This document shows positions 15,561-26,112 of a stretch of 64,000 nt of DNA, in pieces. Where the stretch lies: positions 1 to 64,000 of the IMG/VR virus record IMGVR_UViG_3300047509_000156, one strand, 5' to 3'. This stretch comes from a virus. The notes under the pieces are model-generated. The model was not told the origin of the DNA. It worked only from the letters and a program-made list of their open reading frames with translations, and ran no database searches. The first letter of the stretch is position 1. Every line of letters begins with the position of its first letter. The position numbers were made by a program, and so were the translations under genes.

Positions 15561-17696
15561 TCAACTCGACGTGGTAAACGTGGCCCAGACAGTGCTTCCT
15601 GTCGTGTTCACGAACAACCGCGACGTGGTCGAGTTGCCGCCCGTGTTCAGACAGAGACTGCCCTGTGCGGCAGTAAACGTCGGCACTGTCGAACTGACGT
15701 AAATGCCGAACGCGGCCGTGCTGGAGATCAGGACTGCTGCCGTGGTGGCCGCGTTTGATGGCGCCACGTTGGAACAGATCGTCACCGTGCCGGCCGTGCC
15801 GGCACTGGTGCCGCCGTTGATCGTCACCGATCCGCCGCTGCCCGACGTGTTCCCGCCCGCACCGCCAGCGATGGCCACTGCCCCGCCGGTACCCGAACCG
15901 GCGCCTGGTCCTCCGGCGCCTGCCGTAAGGGTAAGGTTCCCGCCAGAGGATGAACCAGAGCCACGGCCACCGACCATACTGGCTGCACCACCGGCCGAGT
16001 TACCGGCCGTTCCTGCCCCGCCAGCGACGGCTACAGCACCACCAGCGCCCGATGTCGCTCCACCCGCTCCGCCCGTCATACTGACTGCGCCGCCGGCGCC
16101 TGTTGCTCCACCTGCTCCGCCTGTCAGGCTTGCCAGTCCGCCAGCAACGGCGGTTGCGCCTGCACCGGCAGCCATGATAAGTGTGCCGCCGCCGGCGCCC
16201 GTTCCGGCGACATTTGTACCGGCCGCCCCGGCCGTGATCGCCACATTGCCTCCAGCACCTGAAGTTCCGGCGCCCGATGTTGCCCCGCCGGCCCCGGCGA
16301 GAATCGTCACTGCTCCACCGGCACCACCCGTTCCTGTCGCCGAACCGGCACCGCCGACGCCAGCCGTGAGTTGGCCTGACCCGCCGATGCCACCGGCACC
16401 AGTGGAACTTGACGCACCACCGGCACCGCCGATCAAGGCTGCCGTGCCGGCCTGGGCTGCCGCCGAGGAACCCGCGACGGTGCCCGAGGCGCCGGCCGTG
16501 ATTGTCACCGCACCACCAGCAGCGCTGGCCTGGCCGCCCGTGGCCGAGCAGGCACCGCCGGCCCCACCTGTGATCGTCACTGCGCCACCAGCGCCAGTGA
16601 TACCAGACGTGGCTGATGAGCAGGCGCCACCAGCACCGCCTGTGATCGATACTGCCGAACCGGCACCACCGATACCGGCCGCTCCTGTCGTTGCTCCGCC
16701 GGCAACGCCAGTGATCGAGATTGTGCCACCAGCGCCACCAGTTCCTGTGGTCGCCGTGCCCGTCGTGCCGCAAGTTAGAGTAATGGCACCGGAAGCCGAG
16801 GCAACGGTTGTCGTGGCGTTGGAAGAGGCGCCCGTCGTGATCGTACAGGCACCACCAGCACCGGATGTTGCACCACCTGCTCCACCCGTCAGGCTGGCGG
16901 CACCGCCGACGCCGGTAGCGCCGCCGGCGCCGGCTGTAGTGGTGCTGGCGCCACCGGCTGCCGAACCCTGGCCGGCACCGCCGACGAGGGAAGCCGCCCC
17001 GCCGGCAGCGTTACCGTTGACGCCGGCACCACCAGTAAGACTCACAGCGCCGCCGGCACCCGAGGTAGCACCACCCGCCGCACCAGCGATGACGACGGCG
17101 CCGCCAGCGGTAGAAGTCGTCGAGGCCCCACCTGTAATGTTGAACGCCTCGCCGCCGGTCGAGGAGATAGCCTGCATCAGGACGCCGCCAGCGGCAGCAG
17201 ACGACGTGATCTTGACGCCAGTGGCGGCACTGCCAGCGCTGGCGGAAACTGCAAACGCCGGGTTCGTCGTGCCGTTGGGACCAACGACAAAGGCGTTTGC
17301 CGACGCCGAGGTGATTGTCTGGGCCACGTTGGTTGTCTGGAGAATGCCGGACTTCAGTGCTCCGGTATTGTCCAGGGTGTACACGTCGAAGAAGCCGCCC
17401 TCGCCCGTCGTGATGAGATAATCAACCGTCGTGGCATCCGTCGTCGCCGCCATCAGGATGTCGCCGGCGCCCAGAGGTAGGTTGACGATGAACAGTTGCT
17501 CGTTTGGTCCCAGTTGCGCCCGCACGATCTGACGTTCCGTCAGGGCACCGGCCGGGTCGATGGAGATGAGAACCGTCTCCGTCAGCGATCCCGACTTGTT
17601 CTGGAGGATCAGCGTGACCTGATTGGGGTAGTTGATGACCCCGGTATAAAGTGCGGTATCGGCGACGGCAAGTTGACCCGAAGCGAGTACAGACAC
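15561..17696 (-). CDS. Gly/Ala-rich repeat fibre-like virion protein (GGAVTITGGAG repeats); start reassigned to GTG 17696
   Basis: About 25 GGx(V/A)x(I/L)xxGxG units; GAGGTG RBS. Confidence 0.8.
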   Translation of the reverse strand: MSVLASGQLAVADTALYTGVINYPNQVTLILQNKSGSLTETVLISIDPAGALTERQIVRAQLGPNEQLFIVNLPLGAGDILMAATTDATTVDYLITTGEGGFFDVYTLDNTGALKSGILQTTNVAQTITSASANAFVVGPNGTTNPAFAVSASAGSAATGVKITSSAAAGGVLMQAISSTGGEAFNITGGASTTSTAGGAVVIAGAAGGATSGAGGAVSLTGGAGVNGNAAGGAASLVGGAGQGSAAGGASTTTAGAGGATGVGGAASLTGGAGGATSGAGGACTITTGASSNATTTVASASGAITLTCGTTGTATTGTGGAGGTISITGVAGGATTGAAGIGGAGSAVSITGGAGGACSSATSGITGAGGAVTITGGAGGACSATGGQASAAGGAVTITAGASGTVAGSSAAAQAGTAALIGGAGGASSSTGAGGIGGSGQLTAGVGGAGSATGTGGAGGAVTILAGAGGATSGAGTSGAGGNVAITAGAAGTNVAGTGAGGGTLIMAAGAGATAVAGGLASLTGGAGGATGAGGAVSMTGGAGGATSGAGGAVAVAGGAGTAGNSAGGAASMVGGRGSGSSSGGNLTLTAGAGGPGAGSGTGGAVAIAGGAGGNTSGSGGSVTINGGTSAGTAGTVTICSNVAPSNAATTAAVLISSTAAFGIYVSSTVPTFTAAQGSLCLNTGGNSTTSRLFVNTTGSTVWATFTTSS

Positions 17697-17713
17697 AATA
17701 TCACCTCGATTAT

Positions 17714-17929
17714 TTAGGAGGTTCGATACCACTCGGGCAGCGTGCCAACAGCGGCCTCTGCCGATTTCGTTTGCCGCTCCCCGATTCCCCAGAACTCGAC
17801 TTCCTTGACCGTGCCATCGTCCCCGTAGACGATTTTCTTTACGCGCGGGCAGGTACCGCCGTGCAGGCAGCCGCACCAGCGGCAGGCGCCTTCGAGATCA
17901 AGACCGGGAGTCAGGCTGTCGGCGTTCAT
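17714..17929 (-). CDS. Small CxxC protein
   Basis: CRWCGCLHGGTCPRVK; ATGA coupling. Confidence 0.55.
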   Translation of the reverse strand: MNADSLTPGLDLEGACRWCGCLHGGTCPRVKKIVYGDDGTVKEVEFWGIGERQTKSAEAAVGTLPEWYRTS

Positions 17930-18285
17930 CCATTTTCCCTGGCTGATTCATGAACTTGTTCTGCGGTAGCCGCAAACCAGTAGCCACGCACCCACTCTTC
18001 TCTCTCGGGAGATCCTTCTGGATAAGGGATGTTATTAGCATCCCTACCTGCGGCGTATGCCTCGAATCCCTGGAGATACTCCGGCGAGTTCTCGGCTGGC
18101 TTACGGTTTGTGACAAGGTCGTCGTCGATACCCAGCCGTCTCTTGATGCCGCTGATGGCCTTGATCATTCCCAAAAGAAAGGGCACGAAGAAGGCACAGA
18201 ACAGCAGGAGAAACACCAGTTCCATCACCTGAGACGAACTCATGGCTGGTTTACTGCCCGCCTGCTGAACTATCTGTGCTGTCAT
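17926..18285 (-). CDS. Membrane-anchored protein with RMF-like (ribosome modulation factor-like) C-terminal motif
   Basis: Hydrophobic helix LVFLLLFCAFFVPFLLGMI, then YLQGFEAYAAG...PY....REEWVRGY. Confidence 0.55.
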   Translation of the reverse strand: MTAQIVQQAGSKPAMSSSQVMELVFLLLFCAFFVPFLLGMIKAISGIKRRLGIDDDLVTNRKPAENSPEYLQGFEAYAAGRDANNIPYPEGSPEREEWVRGYWFAATAEQVHESARENG

Positions 18286-18695
18286 GTCAGGCTCAAAACC
18301 ACGTTGACTGGGGGATCGGGCGGCACGTTCTGCGTCGGGATCGTCAGCGAGTTGGATGTCGCCGGTGCCGAGGAGAGGTTCGTCGCGCCGTTGACGGCCA
18401 CTACTGTGGCAACCAGCACGTCACCGCCTGCCAGCGTGACGCCAGGATTGGCGGCATCCCAGGTTGAAGAGTAGCCTGACGCATCTCCGGATGCCGACTG
18501 GGGCACAGTGACAGGCGAACCGGCGGCGACGCCGTTACGCTGCCAGGAAACGCCATAACTCGTCACTCCCGAGGAGTCTGAAGCGTTCCACGTCACCTTG
18601 GGGTTGATGGCCATGTGATGATGCCTCTTGTGGTAGTGCAGCCGCAGGCGAACATGTCGCGGCGGTTTGGGTGGACGGTGCAATGCTGCGTCCAT
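18282..18695 (-). CDS. Fibronectin type III/Ig-like virion protein
   Basis: VTWNAS...VTSYGV...TVVAVN...SS...PPDPPVNV pattern; directly after the portal gene. Confidence 0.6.
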   Translation of the reverse strand: MDAALHRPPKPPRHVRLRLHYHKRHHHMAINPKVTWNASDSSGVTSYGVSWQRNGVAAGSPVTVPQSASGDASGYSSTWDAANPGVTLAGGDVLVATVVAVNGATNLSSAPATSNSLTIPTQNVPPDPPVNVVLSLT

Positions 18696-20278
18696 CAGGG
18701 ATGGTATCCATTGCCGTTGATACGAGCAAATTTCCGCGTATATGCAGACTTTCCGCCCTGCGTCGGTACAACCGGCGAGCCGCTATTCGTTGGCCGGGTC
18801 CTCTCGACATTACCCGCCTGCCGCATCCGGTTAGGCTGGGAGTTACCTGCCGTGCCTTCGAGGAGCGACTGGAGCTGAGCGTCTTCGGGAGACTCCTCCT
18901 TGGCCGGCGGTTCTCCCGCCTGCTGGACCTGGCCGGGCATTATCTGCCCTTCGCTGCCACCTTCCATTCCTGGCTTCTGGGCAAAGATGGCGCCGTTGAT
19001 GGCTCGCTCCTCGCCCCAGTCCTCGTCGATCTTCTTCAGCTTCCGCAAGTGGCGGATCTCGTTGATGGTCCTGATCCCCGCCTGGAGATCCGTGTTAATC
19101 TGCCTCTCCCTCAACTCCTCGTCGTCGATGGGTTTGGGCTCGTACTCGGCGAAGTAGTTAAAGCCGTAGAACGGCCAGACAAGCGAGAGATTGTCAGCGT
19201 CGGCTAATTGTTGCAGCAGTGGCATCAGGGTGAAGAGGTTGAACTGTTTCAGGGCCGCGTAGAGGATCGCGTAACTCGTGTCCTCGTTCTGGAAGGCCAG
19301 TTGGCGAGAGACGCCAAAGATGCTCATGACGAAGGACATGAGTTGCTTCCAACTCTCCACCCAGCCCATTTCGATGTCTGTTTCTCCGTAGGACTTCATC
19401 GTTAATCCAGGCGAAAGGACGACGGTACTTCCCGTCTTCCACGGCCCGGAGTACATTTGACGCAATTCGTGCTTCAGGCGGTCGAGTTCGGCGCCACGGG
19501 GGAAGAGGATCTGCGGGTCGGCCTCGACGACGTTGTCCGGTTTGGCCGCGTTCTGAGTGCGAGCAAATCTTCCCTGCTCGATCGAATTAAGCGTGTCCAA
19601 AGGCAAGGAACAGGCTGTCAGAGGCGAGAGTCCTTCCTGATCGGTGAGCGGATGAGGGAATCGCGTCGCCGTGATATAGCGCGCCGGCACGACGACGCCG
19701 CCTTGGTTCCAGGCGCCGGGCATCAGGTTTAGTGGACCTGGCCAGAAAGGCTGGATGCGGTAGGCGCCATCGGGATAGACGGATGATGGAGCAATAGGCT
19801 GGTAGGTCCCCGTGGGTACGTTCCACTGCTCGTGCGGCCTGCCGAAACCGTCTTTCACCTGCCAGATGAGCGAGGTGCCGGTTAACTCCAACTGCTGTAC
19901 CCGTCGTCGCCTGAGCGTGGCCCCTGTCTCCTTGGGGTTGGGGTGGTTAAAGACGCGGCAGAGGTCATGGCTCCTTGGCAGCGCCTCGCGGTGTTCGAGG
20001 TCGTTGCCCATCCTGGCTTCCTCTTCCCACTGGTAGAGGCGCAGGGAAGCAGCGGCAGCCTGGTCCATCAGTACCTTGATGGCTACGTAGACGGCGCCGA
20101 TGTCGCGGAAACTTTCCTTGAGGTGGTCGCTCCACCAGTTGACGGGGGCGGGAGAACGGCGGGCGGCGAGATAGTTCTCCCGTGCCATCACGTCGGCAGG
20201 CGAGCCTTCACCGGCCATCTCGGAGACTGGCTGATGGTAGACGGCGGAGAACAGGCCCTGGTAGGAAGGTTTGGCCAT
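18695..20278 (-). CDS. Portal protein (HK97-like)
   Basis: VYVAIKVL, PNPKET, LELTG, GLSPL, IFGVS, TINEIR motifs; 527 aa. Confidence 0.9.
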   Translation of the reverse strand: MAKPSYQGLFSAVYHQPVSEMAGEGSPADVMARENYLAARRSPAPVNWWSDHLKESFRDIGAVYVAIKVLMDQAAAASLRLYQWEEEARMGNDLEHREALPRSHDLCRVFNHPNPKETGATLRRRRVQQLELTGTSLIWQVKDGFGRPHEQWNVPTGTYQPIAPSSVYPDGAYRIQPFWPGPLNLMPGAWNQGGVVVPARYITATRFPHPLTDQEGLSPLTACSLPLDTLNSIEQGRFARTQNAAKPDNVVEADPQILFPRGAELDRLKHELRQMYSGPWKTGSTVVLSPGLTMKSYGETDIEMGWVESWKQLMSFVMSIFGVSRQLAFQNEDTSYAILYAALKQFNLFTLMPLLQQLADADNLSLVWPFYGFNYFAEYEPKPIDDEELRERQINTDLQAGIRTINEIRHLRKLKKIDEDWGEERAINGAIFAQKPGMEGGSEGQIMPGQVQQAGEPPAKEESPEDAQLQSLLEGTAGNSQPNRMRQAGNVERTRPTNSGSPVVPTQGGKSAYTRKFARINGNGYHP

Positions 20279-20281
20279 ATT

Positions 20282-21130
20282 TCACCAATTATAGCGTATC
20301 GGGAGCCGGATACCCTCTTCCTCGTCGCCCTGAAAGGTCCCCGCCGCCGGCCGCAGGGCAAACTGCTGGTAGCAGAGGATGTTGCCCGACGCGGCGGCGC
20401 TGTCGTTGACTGTGAAGGCTCCCGTCGCTCCGGCGGGCGACGTGGCAGCCTTGGCGTAGCACAGCGCCATCTGGCAATTCGTGGGGCTGCTTGCCAGAAT
20501 GTTAAACGATGCTTGTGTGAACGTGTTAGCGCCGTTGAAGTTGGCGATACAGAACAACTCTAGCGACTTATCCGTCACCGTGTTGAACGTCGCCACGCTG
20601 ATCGAGTTGGCGCCCGTGTTGCTGCTGCCCGTGCCCGTAGCGTCGATGGGTGTCACGTTGTCCACGCCCGTGAACGATGCGACTTCCCACGACAGGTCGG
20701 CTGCCCCAACTGCGGCGTTGGCCGTGAAGCCGAGGTTGGCGACAGACTGCAACGCCACCCAGACGGCAATCCATACTTTGGTGCTGGTGATTGCCGAGCC
20801 GATGAGAGTCCATCCAGCCGGTCCCGTTACTGTGCCGGCTGTGGTTCCGGCGTTCGTGGCGAAGGAACAGATGAGGATGTCGCCGGTCGATACCGTTGGC
20901 TTTGTGATCGTCTCGGTCTTGGGCAGGACTGGAGCGTGGTCCGTACCCGTCGTACTGTTGTGGAAGGTAATGGCGTTTAGCGTGATCGCCGCAGGCGGCT
21001 TCCACAACTCAGGCTTTCGCTGCTGCTTTCTCCTACGGCGCACGGGCATGCGGCTGTCGAAGAGGCACAGGTCGCTCGCGCGTGCCTCCTCGATTTGAGG
21101 AGAGTACCAGTCTAGACGGCGACAGCCCAT
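20282..21130 (-). CDS. S/T/A-rich beta-sandwich virion protein, paralog of 35698..36381
   Basis: TVSTGDILI...TGPAGWTL and FTGVD motifs; acidic tail ending in Trp. Confidence 0.65.
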   Translation of the reverse strand: MGCRRLDWYSPQIEEARASDLCLFDSRMPVRRRRKQQRKPELWKPPAAITLNAITFHNSTTGTDHAPVLPKTETITKPTVSTGDILICSFATNAGTTAGTVTGPAGWTLIGSAITSTKVWIAVWVALQSVANLGFTANAAVGAADLSWEVASFTGVDNVTPIDATGTGSSNTGANSISVATFNTVTDKSLELFCIANFNGANTFTQASFNILASSPTNCQMALCYAKAATSPAGATGAFTVNDSAAASGNILCYQQFALRPAAGTFQGDEEEGIRLPIRYNW

Positions 21131-21385
21131 TTACGAGAAACACCCCTGTAAATGTGCCTCTTTTGCCTCGACCATCTGTCCGGAACCTGGACAAGCAACC
21201 ATACCTTCTTTGACCCAGCAATTGGCCGTCTTGGCAAACCCATCCTCTCCGGCGAACGAAGCGTTCTTGTCCGCAGATTCAGCCAAATGAGGCGTTAGCG
21301 GAACCATTTTGTCGGCCTGTCCAGGAGGACGGACAAAAACAGCCAAACCGCATACGGGGCATTTGGCTGCGTACATAGGGAACAT
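21131..21385 (-). CDS. Small Zn-ribbon protein
   Basis: CPVCG...H...CPGSG. Confidence 0.55.
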   Translation of the reverse strand: MFPMYAAKCPVCGLAVFVRPPGQADKMVPLTPHLAESADKNASFAGEDGFAKTANCWVKEGMVACPGSGQMVEAKEAHLQGCFS

Positions 21386-21430
21386 AACTTTTCCTCTTGT
21401 CTGTCTAGTTTGCGGCAGCCCACTCTCACC

Positions 21431-21844
21431 TCACGGGGTATCGTAACTCAACTGGATGCCGGCGTTGAGCGAACTGCCCAGCGTGTCGAAGTTGATTCTC
21501 ATGGCGTCGGGCAACTTGCCCTGAGCATTGACAGGCAAAGGGAAGGTTTCGGACGGCACCGTGAAACTGCCGTCCTTGGGACTGAGCCCGCCCTGCCAGT
21601 TGTATACCGCACCCGTAGCGGAAAAGTTCAATCCGCCGTCCCAGGAGGCGCTGACCGTGACGCGGCAGGAGTTCGCCGGGTTCTTGGCGTCCGTGTCCGA
21701 CATGACACCCTGAACGACGAAGCGCTTGTAGGGCTGGCCGGTGACAGGGTCCAGCGCGGGAAGCACCACGGACGCAGAGTCGTAGGCGCCGCCGCTGCGG
21801 ACTTGCTGCACGAGGCCGGTGACGGGGACAGAGGCGGATGGCAT
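21431..21844 (-). CDS. Small beta-rich virion protein (start MPSASVP), paralog of 22037..22375
   Basis: GAGGAG RBS; DAKNPANS vs QAKDPTNS and WQG vs WNG. Confidence 0.6.
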   Translation of the reverse strand: MPSASVPVTGLVQQVRSGGAYDSASVVLPALDPVTGQPYKRFVVQGVMSDTDAKNPANSCRVTVSASWDGGLNFSATGAVYNWQGGLSPKDGSFTVPSETFPLPVNAQGKLPDAMRINFDTLGSSLNAGIQLSYDTP

Positions 21845-22036
21845 ATTAGTTCTCCTCTTGTGGGACGTGTGACCACTCGATAGTAGGAGAAGATTTACCC
21901 TTCTCGGGCAACCCGATTGAAACAAGCACCAGATTATTGTCAGAAGGCACCCGAAGCGTCGTTGTCTCAATCTGGTTCAGGTTGTCCTCCGGCCCTACCG
22001 TTGACACTTGCAATGTAATCGCCATCTCGTCTCCTC

Positions 22037-22375
22037 TCAGGTAAAGGCCAGGTCCACTTCCTTGACGATGACCTGGGTGATGGTGTGCAGCACGCCACGC
22101 ACGCGCTTCGGCGGGGCGAGTTTGCTGAACTGGAAGGGAACAGAAGAGGGAGGAGTCCCGGCGGCATTCCCGTTCCAGACCGGCCCGGATGCAACCCAAC
22201 TGAAGCCCGTGCCGAAATCAGCCTCTATGTCGAGCTGGAGGCTGTTCGTCGGGTCTTTCGCCTGATTGTCACCCAGAACAGCCGTCAGCGTGGCCGTGGA
22301 CGTGCCGGCTGGCGGGGGTTGCCAGGCCGTGTTGAACGAGCCGACGACGTTGTTGGTGAGATCGAGTACCTTCAT
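22037..22375 (-). CDS. Small beta-rich virion protein
   Basis: AGGAGG RBS; similarity to 21431..21844. Confidence 0.6.
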   Translation of the reverse strand: MKVLDLTNNVVGSFNTAWQPPPAGTSTATLTAVLGDNQAKDPTNSLQLDIEADFGTGFSWVASGPVWNGNAAGTPPSSVPFQFSKLAPPKRVRGVLHTITQVIVKEVDLAFT

Positions 22376-22390
22376 TCTACCCTCCTTTCC

Positions 22391-22723
22391 TCATGCACTT
22401 CCCGTGATCGCCACCTGCGCCGTGCCCGATATCCAGTTACCCGGTTGTGCCCGCAATAGTCGCGGCCCCAGCGCTGGCAAGACAGCGATAAATGTATCGC
22501 TGCCCTCTCTTTCACTGGTGATCGTGGCCAGTGGGATACTCACACCCTCACCGATTGAGGGGTCGCTCCAGAGGTGGATCGTGCCCGTCCACGGCAGGGG
22601 CGTTTGCGTGACCGGATCGACGGCTGTGGTGACAAGGACGGTCAATCGCGACTCACCGCCAGCGGGCGCCAGGATAATGGGCGGGTCGTCGATGCTGCTG
22701 ATTATTCCGCTGACTTGACTCAT
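22391..22723 (-). CDS. Ig-like virion protein (start MSQVSG)
   Basis: AGGAG RBS; beta-strand pattern. Confidence 0.55.
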   Translation of the reverse strand: MSQVSGIISSIDDPPIILAPAGGESRLTVLVTTAVDPVTQTPLPWTGTIHLWSDPSIGEGVSIPLATITSEREGSDTFIAVLPALGPRLLRAQPGNWISGTAQVAITGSA

Positions 22724-22734
22724 GGAGTTTTCTC

Positions 22735-23055
22735 CTACGGCTGAAACAAACACAGCGCGCCCGTCGAGAGTTCCGCCGCATTGCCGGGATCGGTGCGGCG
22801 AATCTTGTACTGATACGTTCTCGCTGTCAGGTTGACGGTGGCCGATGCCGGTATGACGATGGTAACGATGCCATTGGCCGGGTCGGTGATCGTGACGCTC
22901 CCTCCGGCGATTCCAGGGATGACGATATCCGTGTAATTCACCGAGAATGAGATACCCCAGCCGGCGATCGACTGCGGTGTACCGTCGGCGGCGAGGATCT
23001 GATCGGTGATGCCGATGTCGTCGCCCAGAGTAAAGCCAAGGTTCGTCTGGCTCAT
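22735..23055 (-). CDS. BppU-N-like adaptor/fibre-associated protein
   Basis: GDD...DGTPQSIAGW...ITDPANGIVTIVI...T..L...TYQY pattern. Confidence 0.55.
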   Translation of the reverse strand: MSQTNLGFTLGDDIGITDQILAADGTPQSIAGWGISFSVNYTDIVIPGIAGGSVTITDPANGIVTIVIPASATVNLTARTYQYKIRRTDPGNAAELSTGALCLFQP

Positions 23056-26000
23056 TAACTCCCCTGGATCTTCTTACTGGGGTTGTAGGTTCCCTTGATA
23101 TTTCCATCAAGGGTTGGCGTTCCAGACGGCTGGCCGCTGCCGGAACCCGTTATCGGCAGCGTTCCTGGTGTTTCGGTCGTGACGACGCTCCTGCCGGGAT
23201 TGTACATATCTTTCATGGATACGGTAAGCGTCGGTATGGGTGGCGGCGGTGGGAACCAGTTAATGTTGTTGCCCAGGTCAACAGAGTTGGCCGGATCAAC
23301 GAGGACCCCCAGAGAGTTGTCCGAGTCTCTTACGCTCACGTAGGCGACGTTGTGCGTGGTGGGGGACTGAATTTGGAATTGCGAACCCATCGTGTCGCTT
23401 CGGATGGCCAGGAATCCGCCGGGAACTCCGGTCGCCGTGAAGCGGTTGAGGATCGTGGTCAGGTTGCCCGCCTGGAAGGTCCAAGTGTCAGCAGTCGTCA
23501 CCTGCTTCACGAGGTTCCAGAAGGTCGTCTGGCCACGGATCGACTGGTTCGTGCCGTTGAACGTGACGGTGCCCTGCCGCGCGATAAAGGCTCCCGGAGA
23601 GAATCCCGCCCCGGCGTTCCAGTTACCGGCTACCGCAATGGAAAAGTTGCTTGCCGACACGTCCAAAGTGCTACTGTTGAAGTTCAGCGTGCCTCCCAGG
23701 ACGACGTTGCTCTGTAGCGCCAGGAGGACGCCACCTGAAGCATTCAGGTTGTAGAGCGTGTTTCCGCCCGTGTCGAGGAGGGACGTGCCGAATCCACCCT
23801 GGAACGTGAGGCTGTTCGTGCCGGCGGTGAACGTGCCCGACAGTTTGACGAAGCCGCCACCGGACATTTTGATGTCATCGCCGGGAGCGAAGGAGTTACC
23901 CAGGGGCAAGAGGAGGGAGTTGCCGTTGGCGACAGTCAGCGCCGAACCGAACACGTTGTACACGTTCACGAGGTCCGCGTCGCCGTTGTTCGCCTGAGCG
24001 AGAATAGCGTTCGTCATCATCCCGCCATCGGAGCGGGGGATGAGCGTGTGTTCGTTGATGTCGAGGTTGCTGAGGCTTGCCCCCGTCGAGGTTGTGACCG
24101 TGCCGCCCTCGGGCGGGGTGTTCTGGAGGTAGACCGCCAGGGGGGTACCGGCGGCTGGTTGGAGGACGCTGATCGTGTAAACGCTGTCCGTATCGGTGAG
24201 TGCCGTGCCGGCGATAGGGCCGCCATTAACGGCTGCGGCAACGCTGATACCGGCACCGGCAGGCGTGGTGCCGTCCTGGAGGTACACCTTACCCGACAGG
24301 GTAATTGTGGCAAAGAACAGCGACTCGGTGTCACTAAATGAGACAGGAAGCCAGGGTGCGCTCTGGATGGCAGCCAGCCACGGTTCTTCCAGATCGATTC
24401 CCAGGGCAGTAGCGACAACCTCATCCTCAAAAGCTACCCTTGCGGTCCAGGTGAGCGTCTGCGTCTGGGTTTGCCAGGACTCCTCTTGGTCGAGTGCGGC
24501 GGCAAAACTTCGCGTCTCATCATCGCGGGATGGTGAGGCTGTCCAGACGGTCGTCGTGACCAGTGCCGGCCAGCCGTCTTCCTGCTCGCGGTAAAAGTTG
24601 GCCAGGGTAGCCGTATCGATCGCTTCGTCGAGATACGGTCGGGCAAGCCAGGCAATCGTCTGGACCTGCGTCAGCCATGGTTCTTCCTGGTCGAGTCCAA
24701 GGGTGGCAGGGGCGACGGAGATAGTATCGTCATCGCGGAAGGGCAGAGAAGTCCAGGGGGCCACCGTTGCCTGCGCGCCCCACGGCTCCTCCTGTTCCCT
24801 GGGGAAGTTGGCTAGCGACGCCGTGTCGATTGCCTCATCGAGAGAAGGTCGAGGTGCCCAAAGGATCGACTCTACGAGTTGCGGCCAGGCGTCTTCCTGA
24901 TCGACGCCAAGGGTGGCGAAACTGCTGATCTCGTCATCGGCGAAAGGACGTGGCAGCCAGAGGATACTCTCGACGGCGCCTACCCAAGGCTCCTCCTGTT
25001 CACGGTAGAAGTTAGCCAGAAGGGCCGTATCGGGAGACTCGTCGAGGAAGTGGCGGGAGGTCCAGGGAATAACCTCGATGGCGCCAGCCCACGGTTCTTC
25101 GAGGTCGAAGCCGAGTCGCGCTTCGGGGTCCTCATCAAGGAATGTGATGGCGAGCCACGGAGCAGACGTGACTTGTGCGGTCCAAAATTCCTCCTGTTCG
25201 CGGTAGAAGTTACTGAGCAGTGCTATGTCGGTAGATTCATCGAGAAACGCCACTCCCAGCCACGGAATGGTTGTAACAGCGCCTACCCAGGGTTCCTCTT
25301 GCTCACGGTAGAAATTAGCCAGAACAGCTAGGTCGATCGCCTCATCCTTAAACGGCAAGGCAAGCCACGGGATTGCCGTGATTTGAGTTACCCACGGTTC
25401 CTCCTGATCGAATCCCAGTCGTGCTTCAGGGTCCTCGTCGGCGAAGACCACCGAGAGCCACGGAACATTCGTTGTCTGCGCCGTCCAGAACTCTTCTTGC
25501 TCCCGGTAGAAATTTGTTAACAGTGCCGTGTCTGGGGACTCATCCGTGAACGGACGCGGCAGCCAAGGGATAACCGTAGTCTGTGCTACCCACGGTTCTT
25601 CCTGATCAAAACCCAGGCGAGTTTCCGGGTCCTCGTCAAGGAAAGATACGCCCAGCCAGGGGATTACCGTGACCTGGGTAATCCACGGTTCCTCCTGTTC
25701 GCGATAGAAGTTTGCCAGCGTCGTCAGATCGATCGCCTCATCCGTAAACGGTCGTGCGAGCCAGGTGATCGTCGTTATTTGAGTGACCCACGGTTCTTCG
25801 AGATCGAAACCAAGTCTTGCTTCAGGATCTTCGTCGAGGAACGTGACGGAGAGCCACGATACTGTTGTGGTTTGAGTTACCCACGGTTCTTCTTGTTCGC
25901 GGTAATAATTCTTCAGTATCGCTATGTCGATCGCTTCATCGAGAAACGTAAGAGCCATCCAGGGGACGTTCTGCACGGCCATGCGCAGTTGTGGCCATGT

Positions 26001-26102
26001 TTCTTCCTGTTCTCTGTAGAAGTTATTGCCCGGAAGAAGAGGCTCCTCAAAATCGATGAACGCCCCAGGACGAGGCAGTGTGATGATCTGAAGGAGGTCC
26101 AC
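23055..26102 (-). CDS. 1015-aa virion protein: 17 acidic W-x8-W repeats, then an Ig-like and a beta-helix-like domain
   Basis: Repeat (E/D)QEEPW-x8-W-x4-F-x-DE; TLSGKVY...G...YTI Ig module; G/N/T-rich C-terminus. Confidence 0.85.
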   Translation of the reverse strand: MDLLQIITLPRPGAFIDFEEPLLPGNNFYREQEETWPQLRMAVQNVPWMALTFLDEAIDIAILKNYYREQEEPWVTQTTTVSWLSVTFLDEDPEARLGFDLEEPWVTQITTITWLARPFTDEAIDLTTLANFYREQEEPWITQVTVIPWLGVSFLDEDPETRLGFDQEEPWVAQTTVIPWLPRPFTDESPDTALLTNFYREQEEFWTAQTTNVPWLSVVFADEDPEARLGFDQEEPWVTQITAIPWLALPFKDEAIDLAVLANFYREQEEPWVGAVTTIPWLGVAFLDESTDIALLSNFYREQEEFWTAQVTSAPWLAITFLDEDPEARLGFDLEEPWAGAIEVIPWTSRHFLDESPDTALLANFYREQEEPWVGAVESILWLPRPFADDEISSFATLGVDQEDAWPQLVESILWAPRPSLDEAIDTASLANFPREQEEPWGAQATVAPWTSLPFRDDDTISVAPATLGLDQEEPWLTQVQTIAWLARPYLDEAIDTATLANFYREQEDGWPALVTTTVWTASPSRDDETRSFAAALDQEESWQTQTQTLTWTARVAFEDEVVATALGIDLEEPWLAAIQSAPWLPVSFSDTESLFFATITLSGKVYLQDGTTPAGAGISVAAAVNGGPIAGTALTDTDSVYTISVLQPAAGTPLAVYLQNTPPEGGTVTTSTGASLSNLDINEHTLIPRSDGGMMTNAILAQANNGDADLVNVYNVFGSALTVANGNSLLLPLGNSFAPGDDIKMSGGGFVKLSGTFTAGTNSLTFQGGFGTSLLDTGGNTLYNLNASGGVLLALQSNVVLGGTLNFNSSTLDVSASNFSIAVAGNWNAGAGFSPGAFIARQGTVTFNGTNQSIRGQTTFWNLVKQVTTADTWTFQAGNLTTILNRFTATGVPGGFLAIRSDTMGSQFQIQSPTTHNVAYVSVRDSDNSLGVLVDPANSVDLGNNINWFPPPPPIPTLTVSMKDMYNPGRSVVTTETPGTLPITGSGSGQPSGTPTLDGNIKGTYNPSKKIQGS

Positions 26103-26112
26103 GACTACCTCC

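Noticed and set aside
15703-17421. 572-aa Pro/Ala-rich plus-strand ORF
   Set aside because: Antisense shadow of the Gly/Ala repeat gene (GGN codons read as NCC/CCN); no RBS or independent features.
22268-22295. TGTCAC-N15-GCGTGGC partial promoter match
   Set aside because: The -10 half diverges and the site is antisense within a coding region; probably chance.
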